Shown: positions 8,934-18,294 of the stretch, in pieces | Layout of the letters: each line of letters starts with the position of its first letter | How positions within the stretch are numbered: position 1 is the first letter of the stretch | NCBI GenBank assembly: GCA_027330985.1 | Contig: DAHVZI010000002.1 | Span: 139,162 to 203,161, forward strand | DNA length: 64,000 nucleotides | Source: Candidatus Uhrbacteria bacterium | GTDB lineage: Bacteria; Patescibacteriota; Patescibacteriia; 2-12-FULL-60-25 | Direction of reading: 5' to 3' | The notes under the pieces: generated by a model | Told to the model about the DNA's origin: nothing | Seen by the model: the letters and a program-made list of their open reading frames with translations, nothing else | The model's database searches: none | Translations under genes and position numbers: made by a program

Positions 8934-11000
8934 ATGAAGAAAGCACAAAAGATAGCTTTGGGTTGTTTTGCGGCCGTCATTTTTTTCCTGTTCGCCGAAT
9001 GGTTTTGGTCGTTGGGCGCAGTCGCATCGGTGGATGTGGCGCAAGTTAGGGTCGAGAAGGTCAATGCGACGGTCGAGATCAGGAAAGCCGGGGAAAAGGA
9101 TTGGCGAGCGGTGGATACGGCGGCTGAAGTCAGCGAAGGCGATACGGTGCGCACCGACGCGGTCGGCAAAGCGGAAATTCGCTGGGGCGACCGTGGAGTG
9201 ACGCGTCTGGATAGCGGCACGGAAGTCGTCATCGATAAGTTACCCGTCGATCTGCCTGTACTTACCAAGATGTCCGTCGGTCTAAGGTTGAATTCAGGAA
9301 GGGTCTGGTCGCGCGTCATGAAGCTCTTGGATCTGGACAGCACCTTCGAAGTCCGGACGAACGAGGTAGCGGCAACGGTACGTGGCACTTCCTTCGGGGT
9401 TATCGATTCCGCAGAAGGCGCGGACGTGGTTGTCACGGATTCTGCGGTCAGCGTGATGCCTGCATCCGGCGAGGGACAGCTTTCCATCGTCCGCGAGGGG
9501 CGCGTCGCCAGGTATTCGACCAGCGGCACGTTGGCAGGCATGCGTGATCTGACGGAACAGGACGAATGGCCGAACGAAAACCGCGCATTGGATGAAAAAT
9601 ACGATGATGAGTTGCGTCAGGAATGGATGCAGCGAGCGAAGAAACTACATATCGCGGTCCCGGATTGGTTGGTTCTGATGTCGGAGAATCTGCATTTGAG
9701 TTTGGCGAAAGGCGAACAACGCAGAGTGTTGGCCTCCGAGTACATCAAGCGCGATTTGGCGACACTCGCCCTGGATCCGGCTCGATATGCTTCCGCGGAA
9801 GCTTTCCGTAACCGGAACAAGCAGGCTTTGCCGCTGGTCCTGTCGGGGAAAGAACGGGATAATTTCCTACTGGAGATTTCTCGGACGTTATTTTTGTTGC
9901 GCGGCCAGGAAAAGCGCATCCTTCCGGCTGAAAAAGCTCTCGTGGATTTACGATCCAGTCTGTTCGCGACAGAGGATAACGGCGAGTCTTTCGCACGCGC
10001 TTTGGATTATGACGACCGGATAGATGACATAGTCCAGGCGTTGAAGAGCGGGGATCAGAAAGCACGCGTGGAGAAAACGACCGTGGCCGGTGAATTGGAA
10101 CAATGGCTGGGCAGACTGGCGATCAAACAAGATTATGAGAAGCCAGATGAGAATATGTGGCTCAAGGTCTCGGCTTTGTATGAGCGGGTGAGGGAAGATG
10201 GCTCGGCGCCGCAAGATGCCGCGAACGAGGATACAACGACTTCTACGGAACAGTCCTTGGATGACCTGATAGAACCTGCAGAACCAGCGATGGATCAGGC
10301 GCCGGTTACGGTGGGGCAGTCCACAAACGAAAAACCTAGCGTAGCCGGTACGACGGAACTTCCTTGCACCTATCAGACATTGACCTTAGCGGCGACTCCG
10401 TCTTCCGGCATAACCATCGGGGATAAGGTCACGTTGACCTTGCTGGCGGCCTGCGCCAACGGAAAAGTCGACGACGTTACGGCGCGTTCCGTGTTTTATC
10501 CTGTGGAGAAAAACGCGGGTCGGATTTCGGGCAATATCTTCTACCCCGGAATCGCGGGCAGCGTCATACTCATCGGTTCGATGACGGAGAGCGGCGTGAG
10601 CCGGACAGCGGAAGCGACTATCGTCGTAGCTCAAGCGACCAGGACTCTCGAATCGGTCCAGGTGACCGCATCCGGACCCACATCGCTCTCTACGGGGCAA
10701 AGCGTTCCTGTGGATGCTGTCGCGATATATTCGGATGACCGTTCGCAGGATGTGACGCAACAATGCAGGTGGTCGACCAGCGATCCCAAGATGGCCGCGG
10801 TGATGGAGCAGAGGATGACTGCACTGACCGGCGCCGGACAAGTCGATGCGATATGCACCTATACCGAAGGCGGAAAGAGCGTCTCCGGAGCCTTGACCTT
10901 CACCATCAGCATAGAATCGGCGGCGCAGCCCTCCAGCGGAACGGCTCCTTCGAACTTGAACTATTCCATTAACCTGTTAAGCATCCCGCCATTACGTTGA
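8934..11000 (+). CDS. membrane-anchored FecR-domain protein with C-terminal bacterial Ig-like (Big_2) domains
   Basis: N-terminal TM helix. FecR-like beta region (DTVRTDAVGKAEIRWGDRGVTRLDSGTEVVI). Long helical middle. C-terminal Big_2-like repeats (VTASGPTSLSTGQSVPVDAVAIYSDDRSQDVTQQCRWSTSDP). Confidence 0.55.
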   Translation: MKKAQKIALGCFAAVIFFLFAEWFWSLGAVASVDVAQVRVEKVNATVEIRKAGEKDWRAVDTAAEVSEGDTVRTDAVGKAEIRWGDRGVTRLDSGTEVVIDKLPVDLPVLTKMSVGLRLNSGRVWSRVMKLLDLDSTFEVRTNEVAATVRGTSFGVIDSAEGADVVVTDSAVSVMPASGEGQLSIVREGRVARYSTSGTLAGMRDLTEQDEWPNENRALDEKYDDELRQEWMQRAKKLHIAVPDWLVLMSENLHLSLAKGEQRRVLASEYIKRDLATLALDPARYASAEAFRNRNKQALPLVLSGKERDNFLLEISRTLFLLRGQEKRILPAEKALVDLRSSLFATEDNGESFARALDYDDRIDDIVQALKSGDQKARVEKTTVAGELEQWLGRLAIKQDYEKPDENMWLKVSALYERVREDGSAPQDAANEDTTTSTEQSLDDLIEPAEPAMDQAPVTVGQSTNEKPSVAGTTELPCTYQTLTLAATPSSGITIGDKVTLTLLAACANGKVDDVTARSVFYPVEKNAGRISGNIFYPGIAGSVILIGSMTESGVSRTAEATIVVAQATRTLESVQVTASGPTSLSTGQSVPVDAVAIYSDDRSQDVTQQCRWSTSDPKMAAVMEQRMTALTGAGQVDAICTYTEGGKSVSGALTFTISIESAAQPSSGTAPSNLNYSINLLSIPPLR

Positions 11001-11001
11001 T

Positions 11002-12618
11002 ATGGATAAACAAAAATTTTTCGTCACGACGCCAGTATATTACGTCAACGACAAACCGCACATCGGTTCGACATATACCACGGTCGTGGCTGATGCTTTG
11101 GCACGGGCATATCGTTTGCGCGGTGTGCCGACGATGTTCCTGACCGGGACGGACGAGAACAGCCAAAAGAACCTCGAAGCTGCGGAAAAAGCCGGAGCGA
11201 AGGATCTGCCGACTTATCTGGACGGCATGGCGGATATTTGGCGGAACACCTGGAAAGAATTAGGCATCTCGTTCGATGATTTCATACGCACGACTGAGCA
11301 GAGGCATCTGGTCGCGGTGGATAAGTTTTGGCGCGCCGTCTCGGCTTCGGGAGACATCTACAAAGCCGAATACGAACGCGAGTATTGCGTCGGTTGTGAA
11401 TCGTTCAAGACGGCAAGCGAATTGGTGGATGGCAGGTGTCCTTTGCATCCCAATCGTCCGCTCGAGAAGGTACGCGAAGAGAATTATTTCTTCCGGGCGT
11501 CAAAATACAAGGAGGAACTGCTCAAGCTCCTGGCCGAAGAGCCGGATTTCGTGCAGCCGAAGAGCCGTTTGAACGAAATAAGGAGTTATATCGAGATGGC
11601 GTTCGAGGATTTTTCGATTTCCCGTGAATCCAAGAAGCTGTCTTGCGGCATATCTGTGCCCGACGACGGAAGCCAACGCATCTACGTGTGGTTCGACGCT
11701 TTGATCAATTACATGTCGGCCGTAGGCTATGGTTCGGATGAGGAGATGTTCGCCAAGTGGTGGCCGGCGGATCTGCATCTCGTGGGGAAAGACATAATCA
11801 AGTTCCATTGCGCCTTATGGCCAGCGATGATCATGAGCGCGGCCAAATCCGACCCAAGCCTGAGGAACGAAGACGGAACGCCGAAGTTGCCGGAGCGCGT
11901 TTTCGCCCACGGTTTCTTCACCATCGACGGTCAGAAGATCAGCAAGTCATTGGGCAATGCCGTCGACCCTCTTGATCTGGCCAAGGAATATCCATTCGAT
12001 GCGATCAGATATTTTTTGCTGCGCGAGATTCCGTTCGGTGAAGACGGTGATTTCTCTTTCGCCAGATTACGCGAGCGGTATTCGGGTGAGCTGGCGAACA
12101 AGCTGGGCAATCTGGTCAATCGGACCTTAGCCATGAGCGCCAAATATTTCGACGGTAAAGTGCCGGAGGTGGATATCGCGCAAGCTGCAGGAATCAGCGG
12201 AGAGACGTGGAAAGGAAAAGCTGGACTGCGGAAATTGTGGGAAAACGTCGAAAACGAATTGACCAAGAACAGATTGGATCTGATGCTCGAAGCGATCTGG
12301 AATTCAGACGGCGCTTCGCTCATCGCCGCGGATAAGCTGGTGGAAGAGACGAAGCCGTTCAAGCTCATCAAAGAAGATCCGGAGAAGACGGCATTGGTCC
12401 TATATGCCTTGTTGGAAGGTTGTAGGCAGTTCGCCTGGATGATCGAACCGGTCATGCCCAACATCGCGAAAGACATCATCGAACAATTGGGTCAGGATGT
12501 CGTGGCTGAAAGGGTAAAGGGTCTGGAGATTCTGAAGGAATGGGGCGGGCTGGCACCGGGAAGCGCGTTGAAGACTGGCACAGTGCTGTTCCCGCGTTTG
12601 GAGGAAGAAAAAGAGTAG
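11002..12618 (+). CDS. metG: methionine--tRNA ligase (short form)
   Basis: HIGH motif (PHIGS), KMSKS motif (KISKS), zinc knuckle CVGCES...CPLH. 538 aa. Confidence 0.9.
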   Translation: MDKQKFFVTTPVYYVNDKPHIGSTYTTVVADALARAYRLRGVPTMFLTGTDENSQKNLEAAEKAGAKDLPTYLDGMADIWRNTWKELGISFDDFIRTTEQRHLVAVDKFWRAVSASGDIYKAEYEREYCVGCESFKTASELVDGRCPLHPNRPLEKVREENYFFRASKYKEELLKLLAEEPDFVQPKSRLNEIRSYIEMAFEDFSISRESKKLSCGISVPDDGSQRIYVWFDALINYMSAVGYGSDEEMFAKWWPADLHLVGKDIIKFHCALWPAMIMSAAKSDPSLRNEDGTPKLPERVFAHGFFTIDGQKISKSLGNAVDPLDLAKEYPFDAIRYFLLREIPFGEDGDFSFARLRERYSGELANKLGNLVNRTLAMSAKYFDGKVPEVDIAQAAGISGETWKGKAGLRKLWENVENELTKNRLDLMLEAIWNSDGASLIAADKLVEETKPFKLIKEDPEKTALVLYALLEGCRQFAWMIEPVMPNIAKDIIEQLGQDVVAERVKGLEILKEWGGLAPGSALKTGTVLFPRLEEEKE

Positions 12619-12619
12619 G

Positions 12620-12928
12620 ATGGGTACGCCGAAGTTCACACGCGTCAAAGAGGATTTCGTCTGCGGGCATTGCGGTTTGCATGTCGAGGGTTCTGGCTAT
12701 ACCAACCATTGCCCTAAGTGCCTGTGGAGCAAGCATGTGGACATAAACCCGGGCGATCGCGCCGCGGAATGCGGAGGTATGATGGAACCTGTCGGTTTCA
12801 GGGTGGAGAAAGGGGAGTATGCGATATTGCATCGCTGTACGGTTTGCGGTCATGAAAAATGGAACAAGACGGACAAGGCAGATGATTTTGATGAGATTTT
12901 GAAACTATCAAGTGTCTTGTCATCCTGA
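12620..12928 (+). CDS. RNHCP domain protein
   Basis: TNHCPKCLWSKHVD motif and paired CxxC motifs. Confidence 0.65.
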   Translation: MGTPKFTRVKEDFVCGHCGLHVEGSGYTNHCPKCLWSKHVDINPGDRAAECGGMMEPVGFRVEKGEYAILHRCTVCGHEKWNKTDKADDFDEILKLSSVLSS

Positions 12929-13291
12929 ACTTATTTCCCTTTTGTCATTCCCGCGAAGGCGGGAATCCAGGAACTTACGTACTCTTTCCTTGCCACCTTT
13001 TTAGTAAAGGTGGCGCCAAAAGCGCCGGCTAGACTCCACTCGCCGGGAAAATCCATCGAGACTCACTACGCCTCCGCCCGCAACGCCTGAGCGTAGCGAT
13101 GGCGGGCAGGTCACTATACGCTGCGCTTGACGTTCGGCGTTTACGCTCGTTTTCGATGGATGTTTCCTTCGGCTCGGTCGTATGCCGGCAAGGGAGAACG
13201 GTGCAGGGGCTGTGATTATAATTGGAACACCCCGCAGCGAGAGAGCCAGGACGGCTTTCGCTACGGGGTGTTGTCGCGTTGAACGCGATGA
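12929..13291. other. hairpin-dense 360-bp convergent intergenic region (candidate structured RNA or repeat cluster)
   Basis: Contains at least five stem-loops: TTCCCGCGAAGGCGGGAA, CCACCTTT-N5-AAAGGTGG, GGCGC-CAAAA-GCGCC, AACACCCCG...CGGGGTGTT (about 47 nt), and CGCGTTGAACGCG. Confidence 0.3.
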
Positions 13292-14791
13292 TTAGGGGGT
13301 GTAACAGACTTGGCAGGCGGTCACGTCGTACGTGTTCACGCCCACGGAGGTAGGAGCGGTCGAGCAGGCAAGACGCGCAGCGTTTCGGCTGTGCGCATTT
13401 CCCTTGTCGACGTATCTTGCCGGGTCCTCGTTGCCCAAGTAGTAGTTGAGCAACGAGGCGGTCACTGGCACGCACGTCTCGACGCCCGGGGTTGCAGTTG
13501 CGGTTGCGACGGTGGGAGTGGTCGCGGTGGGGGTCGGCTGGGACGAAGCGTGGACGCCCTCGGCGAGCTTGAATGCGCCGAGGATGAGCCCGAGCACGAT
13601 GACCACGCCGATCACCGTGAATACGACTGCCGTGAAGCGCCTGTTGCCGACGGGTTTCACGCCCAAGTTGGCGAGCTCGGCGTCGAGTTCGAGCAGCGCT
13701 GCTTTGTGCTCGGCTTCCAGTTGAGCGCGTTCCGTTCCCTCGACGGTGGCGCATGCCGCAGAGTACGCAGCAATGAGACGTAGGCGTTCGCCGCGGAGCT
13801 TGGCGGCGCGTTTGTTGCGCAGGTCTTGCTCGATCTTCGCGACTTCGGCCTTGTCCTCGGCTTCCGCCTTCTTGCGGTTCGCCTCGGCCTGGTCGAATAG
13901 GGAACGGTCGGCAGCCTCTTTCAGCTGCCTTTGACGTTCCTCCTGTTTGGCGAGGCGTGCGGCTTCGGCGTCAGCGGCAGCCTTGGCTTTCGCTGCGTCC
14001 GCGGCCTCTTTGGCCTTGGCGGCGTCAGCGGCAGCCTTGGCTGCTTCGGCCAACTTCGTGTCGGAGGCAGGTCTGGTCGCATCACCGAACCCTCCAGCCG
14101 CAGCTTCGCCGACCTTCATGATGATCTCGGTCGGTGTGGTGCCGCGCCGGCTCACTGTGGAGCCGCTGGTCGTGGCGGGCGCTGGTTTGGCGCTCGCGCT
14201 TGCCTTGGCGGGTTCCACCTTCTTGGGTGGATCCGGAGCCTTGGCGACGAGAACGGGTGCGGGCGTCCTGGGCGCTTCGACCGTCCGTGCGGCCGGGTCG
14301 ACCTTGGGAGGTGCTACGGCGGGCTTCGACAGCTCGTCGACAATTCCCTCAGCGACCTTCAAGGCAGCATCAATGGAATCGCCGCGCCTGCGGGCAGCGG
14401 CGTAAGCCATGAAGCAGATCACGGCCAGGACACAAACACCCTGGTCTGCCGTGAGCTTTCCTGCCTCGACGGCAGGCTTCACCTTGCGCGCCTTCTCGAG
14501 CGCTGCGGTGATCCACTGCGTCGGGGTCGGGGTGTCGTTCCCTGCATTGTTGCGTGCCGCTGCCACTACGGCTTTGGCGAAATCGGCGGGGACGATGATG
14601 CCGAAGTCGAGTTTCTTCGTCTCGCCAGAAGGCTCGAGCTCGATGAACTCCTTGAATTGAGCCTCATCGAACGCGATGTCGAAGCCGATTTCCGGAGTCG
14701 GAGCCGGCTCTACGGGCGGGGCCGTGATGACGGCTGGCGGAGCGGGTGGAGGCGCGACGATCCCTGCAGGACCTTTGCGGGGCATAACCAT
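13292..14791 (-). CDS. low-complexity Ala/Lys/Glu-rich membrane protein (GC-rich island)
   Basis: ORF of 499 aa. Pro/Ala-rich N-terminus, AKAAADAAKAKEAADA repeats, coiled-coil segment, one TM helix (FTAVVFTVIGVVIVLGLILGAF), Cys-containing C-terminal domain. Plus-strand ORFs here are Gly/Arg-rich and judged spurious. Confidence 0.5.
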   Translation of the reverse strand: MVMPRKGPAGIVAPPPAPPAVITAPPVEPAPTPEIGFDIAFDEAQFKEFIELEPSGETKKLDFGIIVPADFAKAVVAAARNNAGNDTPTPTQWITAALEKARKVKPAVEAGKLTADQGVCVLAVICFMAYAAARRRGDSIDAALKVAEGIVDELSKPAVAPPKVDPAARTVEAPRTPAPVLVAKAPDPPKKVEPAKASASAKPAPATTSGSTVSRRGTTPTEIIMKVGEAAAGGFGDATRPASDTKLAEAAKAAADAAKAKEAADAAKAKAAADAEAARLAKQEERQRQLKEAADRSLFDQAEANRKKAEAEDKAEVAKIEQDLRNKRAAKLRGERLRLIAAYSAACATVEGTERAQLEAEHKAALLELDAELANLGVKPVGNRRFTAVVFTVIGVVIVLGLILGAFKLAEGVHASSQPTPTATTPTVATATATPGVETCVPVTASLLNYYLGNEDPARYVDKGNAHSRNAARLACSTAPTSVGVNTYDVTACQVCYTP

Positions 14792-15029
14792 GGACGTTCT
14801 CCTTGTTCGGGGTGGAGCCCAACTCTCTTGGTGAGAGGTCGAGCATTCTGTTACACGTTGTGAAGAGCAAGTTAAGCGTTCTGTAAGTCAAAAAGAGACA
14901 TTACGAGAACGTGTAAAAATAGCATAAAACGAGGTTTTTGTCAAGGTTTTGGTTAACAGCTTAATTTGTCTAAATTAACATACGTCGGTCTTGTACCAAT
15001 TTGACCTAAAAGCTATTATGATTTGACGT

Positions 15030-16595
15030 ATGGTTGCAAAAATTAAGTCCGAAAGGCTTTCAAAAGGGCCTGTTGTGGTGATTGTTTGGGATGGTTTCGG
15101 TATAAGTTCCAATAAAGAAGGCAATGCGGAATATTATGCCAAGATGCCTGTTTGGCATAAGCTTTTGGCGGAATATCCAGATTCTTTGCTTTGGGCTGAT
15201 GGAATCAATGTAGGCTTGCCGCCGGGACAGCCGGGAAATTCCGAAGCAGGACATGCCACGATCGGAGCCGGCAGACCGGTCGAGACCGATCAGGTCGCCA
15301 TAGATCGTTCGATACGCGACAAGTCTTTCGAGAATAACCAAGCTTTGATGCAGGCGGCGGCGCACTGCTTACGTAACAAGAGCACGCTGCACATGATGGG
15401 TCTTTTGACAGACAACAAAAGCGGTCATGCATCGCCTTATCATGTAGATGCCTTGATCGACTTCGCGTCGACGTTCGATCTGCCACGCGTCGGTCTGCAT
15501 CTGTTCACGGATGGACGAGACACCTCTCCGTTCCGTGCGGCTTCCCTGATCGCCGAGCTGGAAAGGAAATTGCCGAGCAACTTCAAGATCGCCACCGTGA
15601 TGGGACGTTTTTATGCGATGGACCGAAATAAGTATTGGGAACGTACGGCAATGGCGTATGCCGCGTTGACCTCGGGTCTGGGCGTAGTCGCGGAATCGGC
15701 GACTGATGCCATAACGAATGCCTATACGCGCGGAGAAAGCGATGAATTCATCACGCCGACGGTCATCTGTCCGGACGATTACTGCGAAGCACCGGTCATG
15801 GATAACGACGCGATGATCTTCTGGAATCTGCGTTCAGACCGTGCGCGTCAGCTGACCAAGCCTTTCGTCATGCCAGACTTCGAGAAGAAAGAACGTCATT
15901 CCTTCAGGCGTAAGGCCAAGCTGAAGAATCTGATGTACGTCACCATGACAGAATTCGCCAAGGATCTGGACAGCGTCATCTCGGCCTTCCCGCATCGTGA
16001 GGTCCCGGGTACGATCGTGGAAGCTCTGCGTTACGATAAGCAGATGTATATCGCCGAGAGCGAGAAGTTCTCGCAAGTGACTTATTTCTTGAACGGCGGT
16101 TATGATAAGCCAAGGTTCCATGAGGAACGTATCCGTATTCCGTCAAGACGTGTCGCACGTTATGACCATTCGCCGCGCATGAAGGCTGATGAGATCGCCA
16201 GGAACGTAGTCAAATCCATCGGCGAGAAGTATGATTTCATCCTTGTGAATTTCGCGAATGCGGATATGGTCGGGCATACGGGTAACCTGAAAGCAGGCAT
16301 CAAAGCCTGTGAAGCTTTGGATGATGCCTTGGGCGTGATCTGGAAAAAATTGAATAAGGTAAAGGGCACGTTGATCGTGACGGCTGATCATGGGAACGTC
16401 GAACGCATGACTTCACCTTCCGGCGGAGCGGATACGGAGCATGACATGAGTCCGGTGCCTTTTCTTGCGGCAGGGGATTGCGTAAAATCAAAGAAGGCCC
16501 AGCGAGGGACGCTCTCCGACATCGCTCCGACCGCGCTGTGGCTGTTGGGCGTCGAAAAACCTAAAGAGATGACAGGGCATAATCTGCTAAGATGA
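15030..16595 (+). CDS. gpmI: 2,3-bisphosphoglycerate-independent phosphoglycerate mutase, divergent paralog
   Basis: Full-length similarity to iPGM: GNSEAGH catalytic Ser region, TDGRDT, ADHGN. More divergent than the downstream copy. Confidence 0.8.
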   Translation: MVAKIKSERLSKGPVVVIVWDGFGISSNKEGNAEYYAKMPVWHKLLAEYPDSLLWADGINVGLPPGQPGNSEAGHATIGAGRPVETDQVAIDRSIRDKSFENNQALMQAAAHCLRNKSTLHMMGLLTDNKSGHASPYHVDALIDFASTFDLPRVGLHLFTDGRDTSPFRAASLIAELERKLPSNFKIATVMGRFYAMDRNKYWERTAMAYAALTSGLGVVAESATDAITNAYTRGESDEFITPTVICPDDYCEAPVMDNDAMIFWNLRSDRARQLTKPFVMPDFEKKERHSFRRKAKLKNLMYVTMTEFAKDLDSVISAFPHREVPGTIVEALRYDKQMYIAESEKFSQVTYFLNGGYDKPRFHEERIRIPSRRVARYDHSPRMKADEIARNVVKSIGEKYDFILVNFANADMVGHTGNLKAGIKACEALDDALGVIWKKLNKVKGTLIVTADHGNVERMTSPSGGADTEHDMSPVPFLAAGDCVKSKKAQRGTLSDIAPTALWLLGVEKPKEMTGHNLLR

Positions 16596-18172
16596 ATATG
16601 AGACCGAAACCTGTAGTGTTGATCGTAGTGGATGGTTTGGGCATAGCCCCGCCTGCCGACGGTAATGCCGTCGTCGAGGCGGAGATGCCGAATTTCAGGC
16701 GCTATGTCGAAAGTTATCCGGCGATGACCGTGCTGGCTTCGGGTTCGGCTGTGGGTCTTTCCTGGGGCATGATGGGTAATTCCGAGGTGGGGCACTTGAC
16801 CATCGGAGCCGGTAGGATCTTCTTCCAAAGCATCCCGCGCATCAGCTTCGCCATCGAGAACGGAGAATTCTACACGAACAAAGTCTTTTTGGACGCCATC
16901 ACGCACTGCAAGAAGACGGGCGGTAAGATACATCTGATGGGGTTGGTCTCGCCTGGCGGCGTGCACTCCTCGGATGCGCATCTGCATGCATTGCTCGATC
17001 TCTACAGCCGCCAGAAATTCGATAAGGTATTCATCCATGCTTTCCTTGACGGACGCGACACCATCTTCAACAGCGCATTAGGTTTCATCCATGACCTGGA
17101 AGAGAAGATAAAAGAATACAAGGTCGGCAAGATAGCGACGGTCTGTGGGCGTTATTTCGCCATGGATCGCGATAACCGTTGGGACCGCATACAGAAGGCC
17201 TACGACGCCATGACCAAAGGAATCGGCGATCTATTGGCGCCGTCCGCAAGCGAAGCGATACAGCATTGGTATGATCAGAAAGTCTACGACGAAGAAATTC
17301 CGCCGACGGTCATAGAGAAGGGCGGTAAGCCCGTGGCTATAGTGGAAGCTGGCGACGCGGTGATATTCTTCAATACCCGTCCTGACCGTGCGCGTGAAAT
17401 CACCAAAGCCTTCGTGCTGCCGAGTTTCGAGAAGTTCCCGCGCGAGCAGATAAAGGATCTATATTTCGGGACCATGACGGAATACGAAAAGGATCTCCCG
17501 GTGTCCGTGGCTTATCCGCCGTTGGCCATAGACAATTGCCTGGCGAAGGTCGTCTCGGATGCCGGTCTGCGTCAGATGCATATCGCGGAGACGGAAAAAT
17601 ACGCCCACGTGACATTCTTCATGAACGGTATGGTCGAATCCGAATTCCCTGGCGAGGACAGGGTCATCATCCCGAGTCCGCGCGTCTCGACTTATGACAA
17701 AGCACCGGAGATGTCGGCGCCGCTCATCGCAGATCGTGTCGTCGAGGAGGTCTCCAAGGGAAGCTATGATCTGATCATCCTGAATTTCGCCAATCCTGAC
17801 ATGGTCGGGCATACGGGCGACGAAAAGGCGACAGTCGAGGCGTGCCAGACGGTCGATAAATCCATCGCGAGGATAGTGGATGCAGTCTTGGCTGTTGGGG
17901 GAGTCGTACTCATCACAGCGGATCACGGTAATGCCGAAGAGGTGAAGAATCTGATGACAGGCGATATGGACAAGGAACATTCGACCAATCCCGTGCCTTT
18001 CATCATCATCGGAAAACAATTCGAAGGCGTACGCGCGCCTATCGGCGACGTGGTGGGAGGGGACCTTTCGTTGACTACACCGGTCGGCATGTTGGCTGAC
18101 GTGGCGCCGACGATATTGAAGATCATGGAACTGCCGCAGCCAGCGGAAATGACAGGAAAGCCGTTGATCTGA
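16592..18172 (+). CDS. gpmI: 2,3-bisphosphoglycerate-independent phosphoglycerate mutase
   Basis: Strong similarity to E. coli GpmI (VVDGLG, GNSEVGH, LDGRDT, YAMDRDNRWDR, ETEKYAHVTFF, ITADHGNAE, EMTGKPL). The start overlaps the upstream stop (ATGA). Confidence 0.9.
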   Translation: MNMRPKPVVLIVVDGLGIAPPADGNAVVEAEMPNFRRYVESYPAMTVLASGSAVGLSWGMMGNSEVGHLTIGAGRIFFQSIPRISFAIENGEFYTNKVFLDAITHCKKTGGKIHLMGLVSPGGVHSSDAHLHALLDLYSRQKFDKVFIHAFLDGRDTIFNSALGFIHDLEEKIKEYKVGKIATVCGRYFAMDRDNRWDRIQKAYDAMTKGIGDLLAPSASEAIQHWYDQKVYDEEIPPTVIEKGGKPVAIVEAGDAVIFFNTRPDRAREITKAFVLPSFEKFPREQIKDLYFGTMTEYEKDLPVSVAYPPLAIDNCLAKVVSDAGLRQMHIAETEKYAHVTFFMNGMVESEFPGEDRVIIPSPRVSTYDKAPEMSAPLIADRVVEEVSKGSYDLIILNFANPDMVGHTGDEKATVEACQTVDKSIARIVDAVLAVGGVVLITADHGNAEEVKNLMTGDMDKEHSTNPVPFIIIGKQFEGVRAPIGDVVGGDLSLTTPVGMLADVAPTILKIMELPQPAEMTGKPLI

Positions 18173-18187
18173 TTAGGGTATTTTCTT

Positions 18188-18247
18188 TGCTGCGGAACTC
18201 CCCCGCCCTTCGCGAAAGGCGGGGTCAGACTTTCCGAGCCGCAGAAG
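18188..18247. repeat. palindromic intergenic element, copy A
   Basis: GCTGCGGAACTCCCCCGCCCTTCGCGAAAGGCGGGGTCAGAC with outer CTGCGG/CCGCAG arms. About 40/43 nt identical to the core of the element at 61010-61102. Confidence 0.6.
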
Positions 18248-18294
18248 CTGGTACGATCCGATCAGTCAAGAAAAGCAAGTAGAAAAATAATAGT

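Noticed and set aside
13310-14863. Plus-strand ORFs 13310..13783, 13931..14863 and 13947..14405 opposite the Ala-rich gene
   Set aside because: Gly/Arg/Ala-rich translations typical of the wrong frame in high-GC DNA. The minus-strand ORF is longer and has coherent TM and coiled-coil architecture.
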